Assembly: GCA_964016885.1 (NCBI GenBank)
Contig: OZ024743.1
Location: 239,382,001 to 239,446,000, forward strand
Origin: Eledone cirrhosa
Taxonomy: Eukaryota
Reading direction: 5' to 3'
DNA length: 64,000 nt
The notes under the pieces were generated by a model. The model was not told the DNA's origin, did no database searches, and worked only from the letters and a program-made list of their open reading frames with translations. A program made the position numbers and the translations under genes. Each line of letters starts with the position of its first letter. Position 1 is the first letter of the stretch. Below are positions 31,035 to 47,282 of this stretch, in pieces.

Positions 31035-33593
31035 ATGATGTTCCAGAACAATGTAAACGAGATAATTGCCAATTTGGGTTCTGGAACAAAAAAGATCATT
31101 GGCAATAAGGGAAGGGGCCCCAAGTTATCACAACCTGGGCGCGCCCGTCATCGTGCCATTGTAATAGAGCCAAACAGGGCATTTAGTCTTGGCTGCTGGA
31201 ACGTACGGACGCTGCTTGATAGGGATTCTTTGGGGCGTCCTGAACGAAGCACCGCTCTTGTTGCAAAGGAGCTTCGACGTTACGATCTTGACATCGTGGC
31301 TTTATCTGAGACGAGGTTAGCTGGAGATGGTCATCTTACGGAATTTTGTGGAGAATATACATTCTTCTGGAAAGGAAGAGATGAAGAAACCAGAAGAGAG
31401 GCTGGGGTAGGATTTGCTGTTAAGACTGTACTGGTGAATAAATTAGAAGAATTCCCAGTAGGGATTAGTGAGCGTCTTATGTCCATGAGAGTTCCGCTGG
31501 ACAAGGGAAGATATGCTACCCTGGTGAGTGTGTATGCTCCAACTATGAATTCTGTCGATGAAGAAAAACTGTCCTTTTACCATGCCTTGAAAGGTGTTCT
31601 AAGAAATATCCCTCAGGCAGACAAAGTCATCGTGCTTGGTGACTTTAATGCTAGAGTGGGTAGGGATTTTAACACATGGAATGTAATCGGAAGGCATGGG
31701 GTGGGAAAGTGTAACAGCAATGGTATGCTCTTGCTGCAGATGTGTGAGGAGCTGGATCTGTGTGTTACCAACACCATGTTCCAACAAAAGAACAAATTCA
31801 AGACCACATGGATGCATCCTGCATCTAAGGAATGGCATCTTTTGGACTACGTCCTAGTCAGGATGCGTGACAGACAGGATGTGCAGTGTGTTCGTGTTCT
31901 TCGTGGAGCTGAGTGCTGGACGGACCACCGCCTGGTACGCGCAAAAGTGAATCTAATCACCAAACGTAAAATCCGGGCTCCTGGTGTTACCCTGCCCAAA
32001 AGATTGAATGCTGCTCGTCTTAAGGATAAAAATGTGAAGAGGACATTGGAAGAAGAGATGCAGGCTGCAGATATTGGTGAGGAGTGGCCGACCCTTAAAA
32101 AGTCGGTTTATGATGTAGGCAGACGTGTTCTGGGATTGGTGCAGAGAAAACATCAGGACTGGTTTAATGAGAATGATGTGCATATAGAAGACTTGTTGGC
32201 TGATAAGAGGCGTGCTCTGTCACGCTATTTGACGGCAAAACCACAGGAGAGGAATACGTTGCATGAGGAGCTCAGGGATGTAAAATCACGTGTTAGGCGG
32301 AGTCTTTCTCAGATGAAGGATCAGTGGTGGAGTGAGAAGGCTGGTGAGATACAAACTGCGTCTGATTGCAATAACACAAAGCTGTTGTACAGTCTCTTGC
32401 GTGAGGTTTATGGACCGTCTTCTTCTCTGGTGACACCGATTCGCAGCAAGGATGGCAAAGAACTTCTTCGTGACTCACAGGGAATTCTACGAAGGTGGCG
32501 AGAGCACTTTGATGATCTTTTGAATCAGCCGTCTGTCGTCAGTGAAGATTTCCTCAATCTCATTCCGGAAAGTCCTGTGAAAGCAGCTCTCGCAGAACCT
32601 CCGACGCTTGTGGAGGTTGCAGTGGCTATTTCGAAGCTGAACAGTGGAAGATCTCCAGGTATGGATGGCATACATGCTGAGCTCCTGCAATATGGTGGTG
32701 AGAGACTCCTTCAACATCTTCACTCTCTGTTTGGAAGGATATGGGCTAATGAATCCGTGCCTGAGGACTGGAGAGATGCAGTAATGGTGGTCTTGTACAA
32801 GGGAAAGGGTAACAGGAATGATTGTGGGAACTACAGAGGTATATCATTGCTTTCTGTCGTGGGGAAAGTTTTATGTAGGGTGCTTCTGGACCGTCTGCTG
32901 ACACACATTGCAGATTGTGTCCTTCCTGAAAGTCAATCTGGTTTTCGTGCTGGACGCGGCACTACTGATATGATCTTCTCAGCTAGACAGCTCCAGGAGA
33001 AGTGCATTGAACCGGGCTTGGATCTGTATCAGGTTTTTGTCGATCTGACAAAGGCTTTCGATACTGTCAACAGAGATGCATTATGGAAGGTTCTCCAGAA
33101 ACTTGGTTGCCCTGATAAGTTCCTTGCTTTAGTTAGGTCTTTCCATGACGACATGAAGGCTTGGGTTAATGTCGGAGGTAACATGTCGGAGCCTATCTCA
33201 GTAAAAAATGGAGTGAAACAGGGGGATATTCCAGCACCGACCCTGTTTGCCATATACTTTGCAATGGTTTTCTGTATTGCATTCAGGAATTGCGAGCATG
33301 GTGTTTACATCCGATATCGAACCTCAGGCAGCATATTTAACATCAGGCGCTTTGCTGCGAAGACAAAAGTATTTACATCAGTCATAAGAGACCTCTTGTA
33401 TGCAGATGATTGCGATCTTGTAGCGCACACAGAGAGTGATATGCAGCACATTTTGAATGCATTTTCTGACGCTTGCACTGCCCTGGGTTTGACTGTCAGT
33501 CTCAAGAAAACCGTCGTCATGTACCAACCTGCCCCTGGTAAGCAGTACACTGAACCAAACATCTATGTATGGCAAACGACTTGGAGTTGTTGA
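31035..33593 (+). CDS. RTE LINE ORF, part 1: APE endonuclease and reverse transcriptase
   Basis: GCWNVRTL, ALSETR, SVYAPT, LGDFNARVG, LDYVL, TDHRLV; NYRGISLL, QSGFR, FVDLTKAFDTV, GVKQG, LYADD. Confidence 0.92.
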   Translation: MMFQNNVNEIIANLGSGTKKIIGNKGRGPKLSQPGRARHRAIVIEPNRAFSLGCWNVRTLLDRDSLGRPERSTALVAKELRRYDLDIVALSETRLAGDGHLTEFCGEYTFFWKGRDEETRREAGVGFAVKTVLVNKLEEFPVGISERLMSMRVPLDKGRYATLVSVYAPTMNSVDEEKLSFYHALKGVLRNIPQADKVIVLGDFNARVGRDFNTWNVIGRHGVGKCNSNGMLLLQMCEELDLCVTNTMFQQKNKFKTTWMHPASKEWHLLDYVLVRMRDRQDVQCVRVLRGAECWTDHRLVRAKVNLITKRKIRAPGVTLPKRLNAARLKDKNVKRTLEEEMQAADIGEEWPTLKKSVYDVGRRVLGLVQRKHQDWFNENDVHIEDLLADKRRALSRYLTAKPQERNTLHEELRDVKSRVRRSLSQMKDQWWSEKAGEIQTASDCNNTKLLYSLLREVYGPSSSLVTPIRSKDGKELLRDSQGILRRWREHFDDLLNQPSVVSEDFLNLIPESPVKAALAEPPTLVEVAVAISKLNSGRSPGMDGIHAELLQYGGERLLQHLHSLFGRIWANESVPEDWRDAVMVVLYKGKGNRNDCGNYRGISLLSVVGKVLCRVLLDRLLTHIADCVLPESQSGFRAGRGTTDMIFSARQLQEKCIEPGLDLYQVFVDLTKAFDTVNRDALWKVLQKLGCPDKFLALVRSFHDDMKAWVNVGGNMSEPISVKNGVKQGDIPAPTLFAIYFAMVFCIAFRNCEHGVYIRYRTSGSIFNIRRFAAKTKVFTSVIRDLLYADDCDLVAHTESDMQHILNAFSDACTALGLTVSLKKTVVMYQPAPGKQYTEPNIYVWQTTWSC

Positions 33594-34578
33594 TCAGTTT
33601 GTCTACCTGGGAAGCACTGTCAATCGATACGGCAACCTTGACAGTGAAATCTCACTTAGGATTAGGAAAGCAAGTGATGCTTTCGGAAAGCTGGAAAGGC
33701 GACTCTGGGGTCGGCGAGACATATGCAGGAGGACAAAGGTAAAGGTGTACAGGGCATGTGTACTATCTTGTCTTGTTTATGCCTGCGAGACCTGGGTCAC
33801 ATATCGACGCCACCTTAAGCAATTGGAGCGTTTCCATCAGATGTGTCTCAGACGGATCCATGGCGTTCACTGGAGGGACCATATCAGTGATGTCGAGATT
33901 TTGGAAAGCTCTATGTGTGACAGTATAGAGGCTCTTGTGCTTAAGCAACGACTCCGTTGGAGTGGTCACCTTGCCAGGATGAAGGATTCTAGAATACCAA
34001 AACAACTCTTCTATGGAGAGTTGGTTAAAGGAAAACGACCGCCACATAAACCAAAAAAGAGGTATAAGGATTCCTTGAAAGCCTCTCTGAAAGACGCTAA
34101 CATCTCTGCTGATACATGGGAAAATATTGCTGCTGATCGTAATAAATGGAGAAAGACTGTATATGAGGGAAAAGTTGCCTTTGAGGCATCTCGAATCGCA
34201 CACGAGAAAGTAAAGCGGGACGTGAGGAAGGGCATTGCTGTTGCACTTCCAGACGGCGTGGGTCCTCCTATGGTGCTGACATGCAGCGTCTGTGCGAGAC
34301 TCTGCCTAAGCAAAGCTGGACTCGAAAGTCATCTTCGCAGTCATAAAGTAAGACCAGTGGTTGACTACCAGGCTGCTGTTGGAGATGCTACTCATCATGC
34401 TTGCCAAACATGTGGTAGAGAATGTAAATCAGCAGGAGGGCTCAAGCGAAATGCACAAGTACACGAACTCCAACCACAGCCGACTATTCCCAGTGAATGT
34501 TTTGGTTGCCGACTCTGTGCAAGACATTTTAGATCATTGGCTGGGCTAAAAAGCCACATTCGATCGCAGCACTGTTAG
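33565..34578 (+). CDS. RTE LINE ORF, part 2 (after frameshift): RT thumb and three C2H2 zinc fingers
   Basis: FVYLGS and RLRWSGHLARM; CSVC..H..SH, CQTC..(N)..H and CRLC..H..QH. Confidence 0.9.
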   Translation: MYGKRLGVVDQFVYLGSTVNRYGNLDSEISLRIRKASDAFGKLERRLWGRRDICRRTKVKVYRACVLSCLVYACETWVTYRRHLKQLERFHQMCLRRIHGVHWRDHISDVEILESSMCDSIEALVLKQRLRWSGHLARMKDSRIPKQLFYGELVKGKRPPHKPKKRYKDSLKASLKDANISADTWENIAADRNKWRKTVYEGKVAFEASRIAHEKVKRDVRKGIAVALPDGVGPPMVLTCSVCARLCLSKAGLESHLRSHKVRPVVDYQAAVGDATHHACQTCGRECKSAGGLKRNAQVHELQPQPTIPSECFGCRLCARHFRSLAGLKSHIRSQHC

Positions 34579-34584
34579 TTGCTA

Positions 34585-34650
<66 letters not shown>

Positions 34651-34729
34651 GCTTATGTGCGTGCGTGTGTGTGTATATATATATGAATATGTATATTATT
34701 ATTGTTGTTGTCGTTATTATTATTATTGC

Positions 34730-34772
<43 letters not shown>

Positions 34773-34909
34773 GTTATTAATCTATGTGTGTATATGTGTG
34801 GATGTATGTGTATGTATGTGTGTATGTATATATGTATGTATGTATATATATATATATTTCTTTTTTTTTTTTTATTTATTTATTATTATTCTTTTTTTTA
34901 TTATTATTA

Positions 34910-34941
<32 letters not shown>

Positions 34942-35024
34942 TTTTTTTTTTTCTTGTGCAATGGCCATACTCGATAACGAGGGGGCAGCCATCATGTATG
35001 TATGTATGTATGTATGTATGTATG

Positions 35025-35383
<359 letters not shown>

Positions 35384-35553
35384 TGAATATAAAAGAAAAA
35401 AGAACACAGATATATACATATATGTGTTCAAATCGCAAGGGACCGAATTCGCTAAGGTGAAAAGAATCCTAACTATAGACAATAGGGTTTGCCTGTCTCA
35501 ATTTAAGAAAAAATCAAGAAAATAAATACAAACCGGAATTGTGGTAACTACCA

Positions 35554-35631
35554 ATCACCCAGACAGTTTGGTGCTGTTTCGCAATATTAATTGTGAATAG
35601 AATTACCAATACTTGCTCATCAGTTGGTGAT
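35554..35631 (-). ncRNA. Type I hammerhead ribozyme with full stem III (family C)
   Basis: Minus strand: ATCACCAA-CTGATGA-GCAAGTATTGGT...ATTAATATTGC-GAAA-CAG(CACCAAA)CTG-TC^TGGGTGAT. Confidence 0.85.
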
Positions 35632-36038
35632 GAATTAGTATCCTAGACCCTTCTAAGTATATTAAGAAATTGAATAGTGTGCCATATATGATAACGCACA
35701 TGGTATCTTAGCGTGTCTCACAAACTTACACCACTAAAAATAGCAGCCAGGTTTATTCGATATTTGAAATAGCTCAACAAATTAACGGAGCCGAATATAT
35801 CAAATATATATATTGAGTTAGGAACTCAAAATAGTCTCTTACAAATATATATATGGAAAGAGAGATATATTTTAACTTTAATTATATCTCATATAAAATA
35901 ATACAACTGGCTTTCCACAAAATACATATAGTTAGCACCCCAAACACTTAAATTGGGTTTATACTAACGTATAACCTAATGTTTGTTGAGTGAGATGGTT
36001 ACCAGTCGGAGTTTAGCTTAAAGCTATCTCTGTTATTG

Positions 36039-39073
<3,035 letters not shown>

Positions 39074-40057
39074 AAATAGTACTATGTTGAAATCATTATA
39101 TTCGGGTTTCGGACTCACGCAAGAGTGTGTCATATCACCTCTCCTGTGCATAATCTTCATGCACAGAGTTAACATTCACTGCCGAGCTGGAAGTGGTCTC
39201 TAGACTGGCACGTGTAGAACCAGTCGGCTGGAATCTGCTGACACTTGAAACTACTTAACTTGCCAGAAAGTAATCTCCGACATGCACTAGATAGATCTGC
39301 TGTCGGTGAGATCGCAGTGCTGCTGATGTTGGTGTTGCTAGTAGTATTTTATATATGTATGTGTAGTGTCTTAGGGGGTGCTGTGGTGTTTCGGGAATTT
39401 TAAACCTAACGGGTTCCTTTCTTTATGAAGGCAGCCGTTTCCTTCTTAGGAAGGGATAGATAAAGAAGTGAAGAAGTGATATATAGTAAGAGTCAGATAC
39501 ATTTATGGACTGGTACTATTTTATCGACCTCGAAAGGAGGATGGATATGACGAGACTGGAAGTTGACTATGACGAGACTGGAACTCAGACAAAGCGGAGT
39601 GTTGAAACGAATACCGGAAAGCATTTTATCAAACGTCCTAACGATTCTGCCGAATCACCGCCATTTTTATATACGTGTAATTCAAAATTATACATTTCGT
39701 TTGCTTTCTAAATCCCACCAAATTGTCGCTTCCAGTCACAAAACCGCGACAAAAAATGAAAAAAATGCAACCAAATAAAAGAAATAGTAAATAATAAATA
39801 ATAGAAGAATGCCAATCTACATTTAAACATGTCTTTTTTTTTTCCTATTTGAATAGTTGCAGCAGTATTTGTTGCAAGTAAAACAATAACGATATCAGCC
39901 ATGTTAGCTTTTAGTAAAACAAGGCAATTATCAGCAGAAATGTACCAGGAGAACACAGAAGTTCACCATTTTTATCATTAGAGAATGTATATATATATAT
40001 ATATATAGTTATATATATATGTATGTATATATATATATGTATGTATATATATATAAG

Positions 40058-40127
<70 letters not shown>

Positions 40128-40132
40128 AATAA

Positions 40133-40165
<33 letters not shown>

Positions 40166-40201
40166 CATAATATACATATATATGTATATATATATTTATA
40201 C

Positions 40202-40233
<32 letters not shown>

Positions 40234-40261
40234 ACGTGTGTGTGTGTGTATATATATATAC

Positions 40262-40355
<94 letters not shown>

Positions 40356-40372
40356 GTATATATATATATATG

Positions 40373-40423
<51 letters not shown>

Positions 40424-40445
40424 ATACATACACATATATGTATAT

Positions 40446-40501
<56 letters not shown>

Positions 40502-40983
40502 AGAGAGATAAGAGGGTATAGGTGTGTATGAATAAGGCAAGCTAAACACCGTCATATGTCTCGTATACTGCGAGGAATATTAGAGAGAGGCAATAGGGGG
40601 ATCGTGGGGGTTGTGGCGGAAGAGCGACGAAGGTGAGTATGAGAAGGAGGGTTGTAGAGGTGAGTGGGGAATGGGGTGAATGTAGTAGTGGTAGAACGAC
40701 GGAAAGTGTGTGTGTCTGTAGGAGGGCTGACGATAATTCTATTGTTTTGAATAATTGATTGTTTATCCCTTCAGGTGTAAAACCTTCATCTAGATGTCAT
40801 TGTTCCCGTGTGCAATCTAAGCAACACATATAATTAGTTCTTTCAATTACAGAACTGGCTCTTCTTAATTAGTGCTAACCAGTTCAAATATTTTGTTTAA
40901 AAAAAGCATATGCATACATATATACATAGATACAAACATATATACACATAACCATTTAAACATACATACATATATATGCATAC

Positions 40984-41056
<73 letters not shown>

Positions 41057-41073
41057 TGTGTGTGTGTGCGTGT

Positions 41074-41111
<38 letters not shown>

Positions 41112-41181
41112 CATTCTTTTTATTTTGACTGATACGTATGTGTGCGTGCATCCACGTATGTATAACGCATATAGATTTTGT

Positions 41182-41235
<54 letters not shown>

Positions 41236-41849
41236 GTGCCCTGATTGTATGTACGAATACGAGTTATGTGTTCATAAGTTTCTCCAAAGTAAGTGGGATG
41301 TCAACTATCGCTAAGATCGAAACATACAAAAAAAAAAAAAAAAGCAGAAAGAAATGAATGAAGGAAGAAATGAAGACAGAAAGGAATTTCAGAATACTGG
41401 TTGCTTTTAGGGATGTAAGACAGAAAGTTGCAAAGTGAAGCAGTATTTTACAATAAAATACAAATACTTACAAAATCTCACAGCAGGTCATGGTTCTGTC
41501 AACATATTTCTCCTACATTTATTAGTTATTTTAATTGGTTAATTACTTAAACCGTAAGGAGTAACATTGTTTGATCGTTGTTGTCAACATCGTCATCGAT
41601 ATTATTGTGGTTTAGCTTCAGCTTGCTTCTGATCGATTTGAACTATGATCAAAATGTCGTTCCATCTGTGACGACCCCGTGTTTTGTTTGGGGTTTCCTC
41701 TAAATATATAATGTATCTAGCACTAAGTTCTCCAGTGTTAAATTTTATATCTTTTAAAGCTGGGAATATGTTCAGGTACAACAATTGACCGCTATTTTTA
41801 GTACAGAATTTTCTTTTTTAATTTGTGAGTGCAGATGTACCGACACTGA

Positions 41850-42150
41850 ATCACGCATGTTGAGTTTGTGCTAAAAGAACGTAGAACACTACACCTGATG
41901 GCTACCATCTTCAAGTTGCGATATAATCAATCTATATGTTCATTTCGACGATGTGGTCACATAATTTTACACTGCGTCGGCTAGATATGTATATGAAGTT
42001 AAATGATAGAAACATTATAAACTCTAAAATAAGCTGGGCTGTAGTCGAAAGGTTAGCACCTTATATTAATGCATTAGATATACGCCAGTCATGTATAGCG
42101 GAGAAATACAACATTCAAGGAATATGCTGAATAGAGAACAATATCTCTTA
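41850..42150 (+). pseudogene. Decayed PLE GIY-YIG C-terminal remnant
   Basis: YMKLNDRNIINSKISWAVVERLAPY...SCIAEKYNI resembles IWDLKDQGIQYKLDWSIL...CTLCVNEKFWI in ORF 50660-52288. Confidence 0.5.
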
Positions 42151-42485
42151 ACAATTTTGCATTGCAAACAATTTTGCATTGCCTTGAACACAGAAAACTT
42201 ACATTGATATACCATACAATAATGAACACAGGCTTATAAATTTTTCATATGCACATTCTGCACAGATATATATCGACTTATAATGAACACAAATATTATA
42301 AATTCTTACACATTGTATAATATTCATCTATAATATTCGCAATTCTCTGCATCTACAAATGTTCATATTTAATACTTATACACACACACACACACTTACC
42401 CCTCACACACATATATATATATATATTTCTATATATGAGTGTGTGTGTGAGAGAGTGAGAGGAGAGGGAGAGAGAGAAACAGATT

Positions 42486-42551
<66 letters not shown>

Positions 42552-43069
42552 TTGTGTGTGTGTGTATGTTTGTGTCTGTACGTGCGTCCACACACAAATG
42601 AATTTATATACTCATGTGTGTATATATGTGCACGCACGTCTTTGTGAATTTATAAAAGTATGAACAACTTAGACATTTGCTTGTTGGCTCATGAAATGTT
42701 TGCTTTTACAGTTTAGTGAGGAAGGGGACACCTGTTTCTATTCAAGGGTCGTCATCGTTGGAGAGAGGGGGCTTTACTCAGAAAGGGATACGGCTCCGAG
42801 TACTAAAATTGTTAAACTGGGCGAAGGATTAAGTGTATCACTGAAAACCAAAGGTTATCCAGCCTGGTAAATAGTCCCCCCCCCCTCCCTCTCCCCCCTC
42901 CTCCTCCTCATCATCATCATCATCATCATCATCCACAACCTCCTCATCCTCATTATCATCATTTTCATCATCACCGTATTAGTATTCAGCTTTCGTTCTA
43001 GAAGAAATCACATTTATAAAATATACTATTTTAGTTTTTATTATATTTCTTGTTATTGTTAGAAGGACT

Positions 43070-43513
43070 GTGGATGGGCAGTATCGGAAGAGGGTCGGAC
43101 GCCATGCTTTGCAACTTAGAGTTACGGCCCCTTATGATCTGAGTTCAAATCCCCCCGAGGTTAACTTTGCCTGTCATCCTTACAGGGTCGTAAAATAAAG
43201 TACCACTCACGTACTGGGTCGATTTAATCGACTTTCCCCTCCCCCAAAATAGATGGTCTTGTGCCTATATAAGAAACCGTTATATTTCTTGTTGGAGCTG
43301 TAGATTGAAAGACTGGTTAGGGTGTCGGACTAATGCTTAGAATTGTTTCTTCCGGCTCTTTGCGTTCTGGGTTCAATCCCTCCCAGGGCAGACTTGCCTT
43401 TTATCCTTCCGAGATCAATAAAATAATATACCAGACAATTACTGGGATCAATGTAATCAATTCCCATACGTCGCAAAAAAAAATTGCTAGCCTTGTGCCT
43501 AAATCCGAAATTA
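43070..43513 (+). mobile_element. Two adjacent SINE family 1 copies (43070-43280 and a more diverged 43295-43513)
   Basis: B-boxes GAGTTCAAATCC and GGGTTCAATCCC, each followed by the central block. Confidence 0.75.
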
Positions 43514-44013
43514 TCATTTATATTGCTTCTTATGCTTGTTGTTGATGTTATTGTTGTATTCCAGGCAATAGGAAATTGGATATCGTTTGATAGCGGATAT
43601 TTTACAACTAATTATATTTACACCCCCACCACCACGAACATCAACAACACAACACCAATAAAAATCCCCTTCATCATCATCAACGTTACCTTCCAGAGCA
43701 CTCCACCACAACCATTCTCACCGACTCCATTTCCACTAAGGCGATCATCAATATCATGACTACCACAGCCATCGATGAGTTTAGAACAAGGAAAAAAACA
43801 TACAATCAAATTATGATAAGGGATTTGGGAATATAAAGCGGGGTATGAGAATAAGAGGGAGTGAAGAAAGGGGTGAGATTTGTGAGATTCAATATAGGGG
43901 TGGGGAAGAACAAATATGGTGAAGATAATAGTGTTCTCAAGGGAGATAATTTAAAATGATTCGTGTGGGAGGTCTTGGCGTCACTGAGATCTATAGTAGT
44001 AGTGGCAGTAGTG

Positions 44014-44112
<99 letters not shown>

Positions 44113-44149
44113 AAAAATAATGATAATAAATATAATTAATAATGATAAC

Positions 44150-44349
44150 NNNNNNNNNNNNNNNNNNNNNNNNNNNNNNNNNNNNNNNNNNNNNNNNNNN
44201 NNNNNNNNNNNNNNNNNNNNNNNNNNNNNNNNNNNNNNNNNNNNNNNNNNNNNNNNNNNNNNNNNNNNNNNNNNNNNNNNNNNNNNNNNNNNNNNNNNNN
44301 NNNNNNNNNNNNNNNNNNNNNNNNNNNNNNNNNNNNNNNNNNNNNNNNN
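44150..44349. other. Assembly gap (200 N)
   Basis: Run of N. Confidence 1.
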
Positions 44350-44398
<49 letters not shown>

Positions 44399-44534
44399 CA
44401 AAACAATACCAAACATGAGCGACAGCATCTGAGGGAAGAGTATAGATTCGAAAAGGCTAGCGGTGAACCATCAACTAACCCATACTAAACCCCCAAAAGG
44501 TTGGTTGGTTGACAGTAGCCACGTACCCGCTCAC

Positions 44535-44583
<49 letters not shown>

Positions 44584-44628
44584 ACTTTGGGAGGGTCATA
44601 AGAAATCTTGCAAAACAAATTCAAAAAT

Positions 44629-44663
<35 letters not shown>

Positions 44664-44819
44664 TTCTACAGGACGAGAACTGTTTCATTCTTTAGAAATC
44701 ATCAGATTCCTGATGATTTCTAAAGAATGAAATAGTTCTAGTCCTGTATAATCTCATCTATATTAAAACTGTTATACTCTACTCTGTATTGAGTACCTTA
44801 CTTATTGTAGTTACTAGTA

Positions 44820-46946
44820 ACTACAGACTTTCCTACTTCCTCTCCCTGATCATACGCCCCATCATTGAAATGTCCCCAGATATATGTGACAGCACGGAGG
44901 ACCTCTTCAGCAGAGTCGGCGAGAGTAACCGATCTAGGGACCTAACAAACTGTATAATAGGTAGTATGGAGGTTGTGTCCCTATATCCATCTATTGACGT
45001 GGATTTTGCTGTGGAGAAATGCGTAGAAATGATCACTGAGAGCAATGTTGAATTCCGTGGGATTGATACCAGTGAGCTGGGACTCCTACTTAAACTTACC
45101 TATAGTAATGATTATCTAGATACATATGATCTTAGCAACCTCTGCCCTACAAGACCAGAGGCAGACCACCTACCATTAACTCAATGGCCAAGAAAACCCA
45201 CATAGATAGATGGAAAGGGTGGACCAGAGCCATACGGACCCCCGAAAACCACGATGAACTAAAGAAAATAATTGCACATGCGGAGGGGGCCAGTACAAAA
45301 TTAACCCTTAAGGAACATATGTTCAAATTTAATGGAAAAACATATGCCCAAGAGGAGGGAGCAGCCATTGGTGTTAGCATTGCAGGTGACATAGCTAACC
45401 TTTTCATGGTATGGTGGGACAATAGACTTAAACTTAAACTTAAAGAACAATTAGAAGTCAGCAACCTCTTAACCCTGATAATGTATCCCGCTACGTTGAT
45501 GATATAAACATCGTAGTTAAAACACCCCCACTAGAGGACAGTCAGGAATTAGAGAAAAACACGATGGAAAGCATCCAGCAAATAGCTAACTCCATCCACC
45601 AGAGTATTAGAGTTACTATAGCAAACACCCCAATCATCGATTACCTGTACTAGACACAGAGCTCTGGTTAGATACCATTAATAACAATAAACAAATCCTC
45701 CATTCCCATTATGCCAAACCCATGACTTCCAAATATCTGATCCACTGAAACTCAGCTGTTTCGGACCATACCAAAATCAATATACTGATTGCGGATTTGG
45801 TACGGGTGATGAGAAATGTGTCCCGCATGTGCAACACCAAAGAACTAGAGAGACACATACAACACTTCATCCACCGTATACAGTTCTCTGGTTACAATCA
45901 GAGAGATAAAATCAGAGTATATAGAGGAGCCAGAACCAAATGGGAAAAAATGGTAAATAATGATACAAATGGGACCTGCCCCTTGTATAGGAGCAAATTT
46001 CGGAATAGAATAGAAAGAACAAGGAATAAGATTAATAGAATAAACTCATGGTATGATAGCAATAAATTCCAGAGTGTAATGTTCATCGATACACCCCTAG
46101 AGGTGAATTAGCTTACAAATTTAGAAGGGCCCTAGATAAACATAAACTCAATATTAAGATAGTAGAAAGACCAGGTACCTCCATAAAAACACTTATTAGC
46201 AATACATACCCTTTTTAAAGACCTCCCTGTATAGATAAGAAATGTATAATCTGCAAATTAAGCCCCCATATTAACTGTAAAACTAGAAATGTAGTATATA
46301 GCATAAGATGTACTGAAGGACAATGTAGAGATAAGAATATAGTGTACATAGGTGAGACAGCTCGTAGTCTAGGTGAACGGATAAATGAACACTGGCGAGA
46401 GCTTCAAGATAGTAAATAATCATATGTACTCCACCAACATGCTAAAACAGAACATAATGGTAAATTAGAGAACATAGAAATAAAAATAGAATCTACACAC
46501 AGAAAAGACGCAATGTTTAGACAAATTACAGAGGCAATAAACATAAATGAACTCCAACAAAAATTAAATAGAAAACATGAATGGAACAGCAACATCACAA
46601 CTTATAATTAAGGACAAAATGAAAACACACACATAGAACAAACAACCAACCAGTAACATGTAAATAAACAAATAAATAAACAAATATAAACACACACAGA
46701 CACCCGGATGTAACACATGCGCAAACTAAGCATACAACACACACAAAAACAAGATGGCGTAGGACAGAACAAAGGAGAGGCACAAAAACAAAGACGAAAG
46801 AAATTTGACAATATATGAACAATCGTCTGGTTGTGGAACCAACCAACCAACCGGAAATTTATAAATTCTTAAATTTATATAATAAATTGAAGTGAAAGCT
46901 ACTGGTGCGTGTGTTTCTTATTGGCAACATGACCCTCCCAAAGTAT

Positions 46947-46952
<6 letters not shown>
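44820..46952 (+). mobile_element. Frameshifted PLE of a second clade (Neptune/Nematis-like) with 3' terminal repeat
   Basis: EVVSLYPSID, QEEGAAIG...IANLFM, RYVDDI (about 45490), LPVLDTEL and GIY-YIG NVVYSIRC...VYIGETARSLGERINEH. The 3' region 46610-46950 is homologous to 63071-63500. Confidence 0.85.
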
Positions 46953-46984
<32 letters not shown>

Positions 46985-47237
46985 CTGTTTCTACTTTTTG
47001 TCACAAGGCCAGCAAATACCCACTGCATTACTGGTACTTTATTTTATCGACCCCGTAAGAATGAAAGGCAAAGTTAACCTCGGCGGGATTTGAATATATA
47101 ACGCTTGAAATAGCGGGAAGAGGGTCTTAAAGTTTCGAACGCTAGTCTTTCATCAGAAGAAAGAATGAGAATCTAGAAAGATTGAAGTGACGGGCAGAGC
47201 GGAACCGGAAAAAATGGTTTAGAGAAAAATAACAGGT

Positions 47238-47282
<45 letters not shown>

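Larger units (their letters stand above)
30730..34992 (+). mobile_element. Near full-length RTE-clade (BovB-like) LINE inserted in (TATG)n
   Basis: 5' UTR, single APE-RT ORF with one frameshift, and 3' tail GGCCATACTCGATAACGAGGGGGCAGCCATC. (TATG)n lies on both sides. Confidence 0.9.

Noticed and set aside
40770-40800. Possible host exon after a TTCAG acceptor (similar at 61420)
   Set aside because: No ORF or donor site supports an exon; cannot be called without RNA data.
45740-45755. In-frame TGA in PLE ORFs (also at about 36135) as selenocysteine codons
   Set aside because: They fall at positions compatible with CGA>TGA decay in otherwise disrupted copies, and no SECIS element was recognised.
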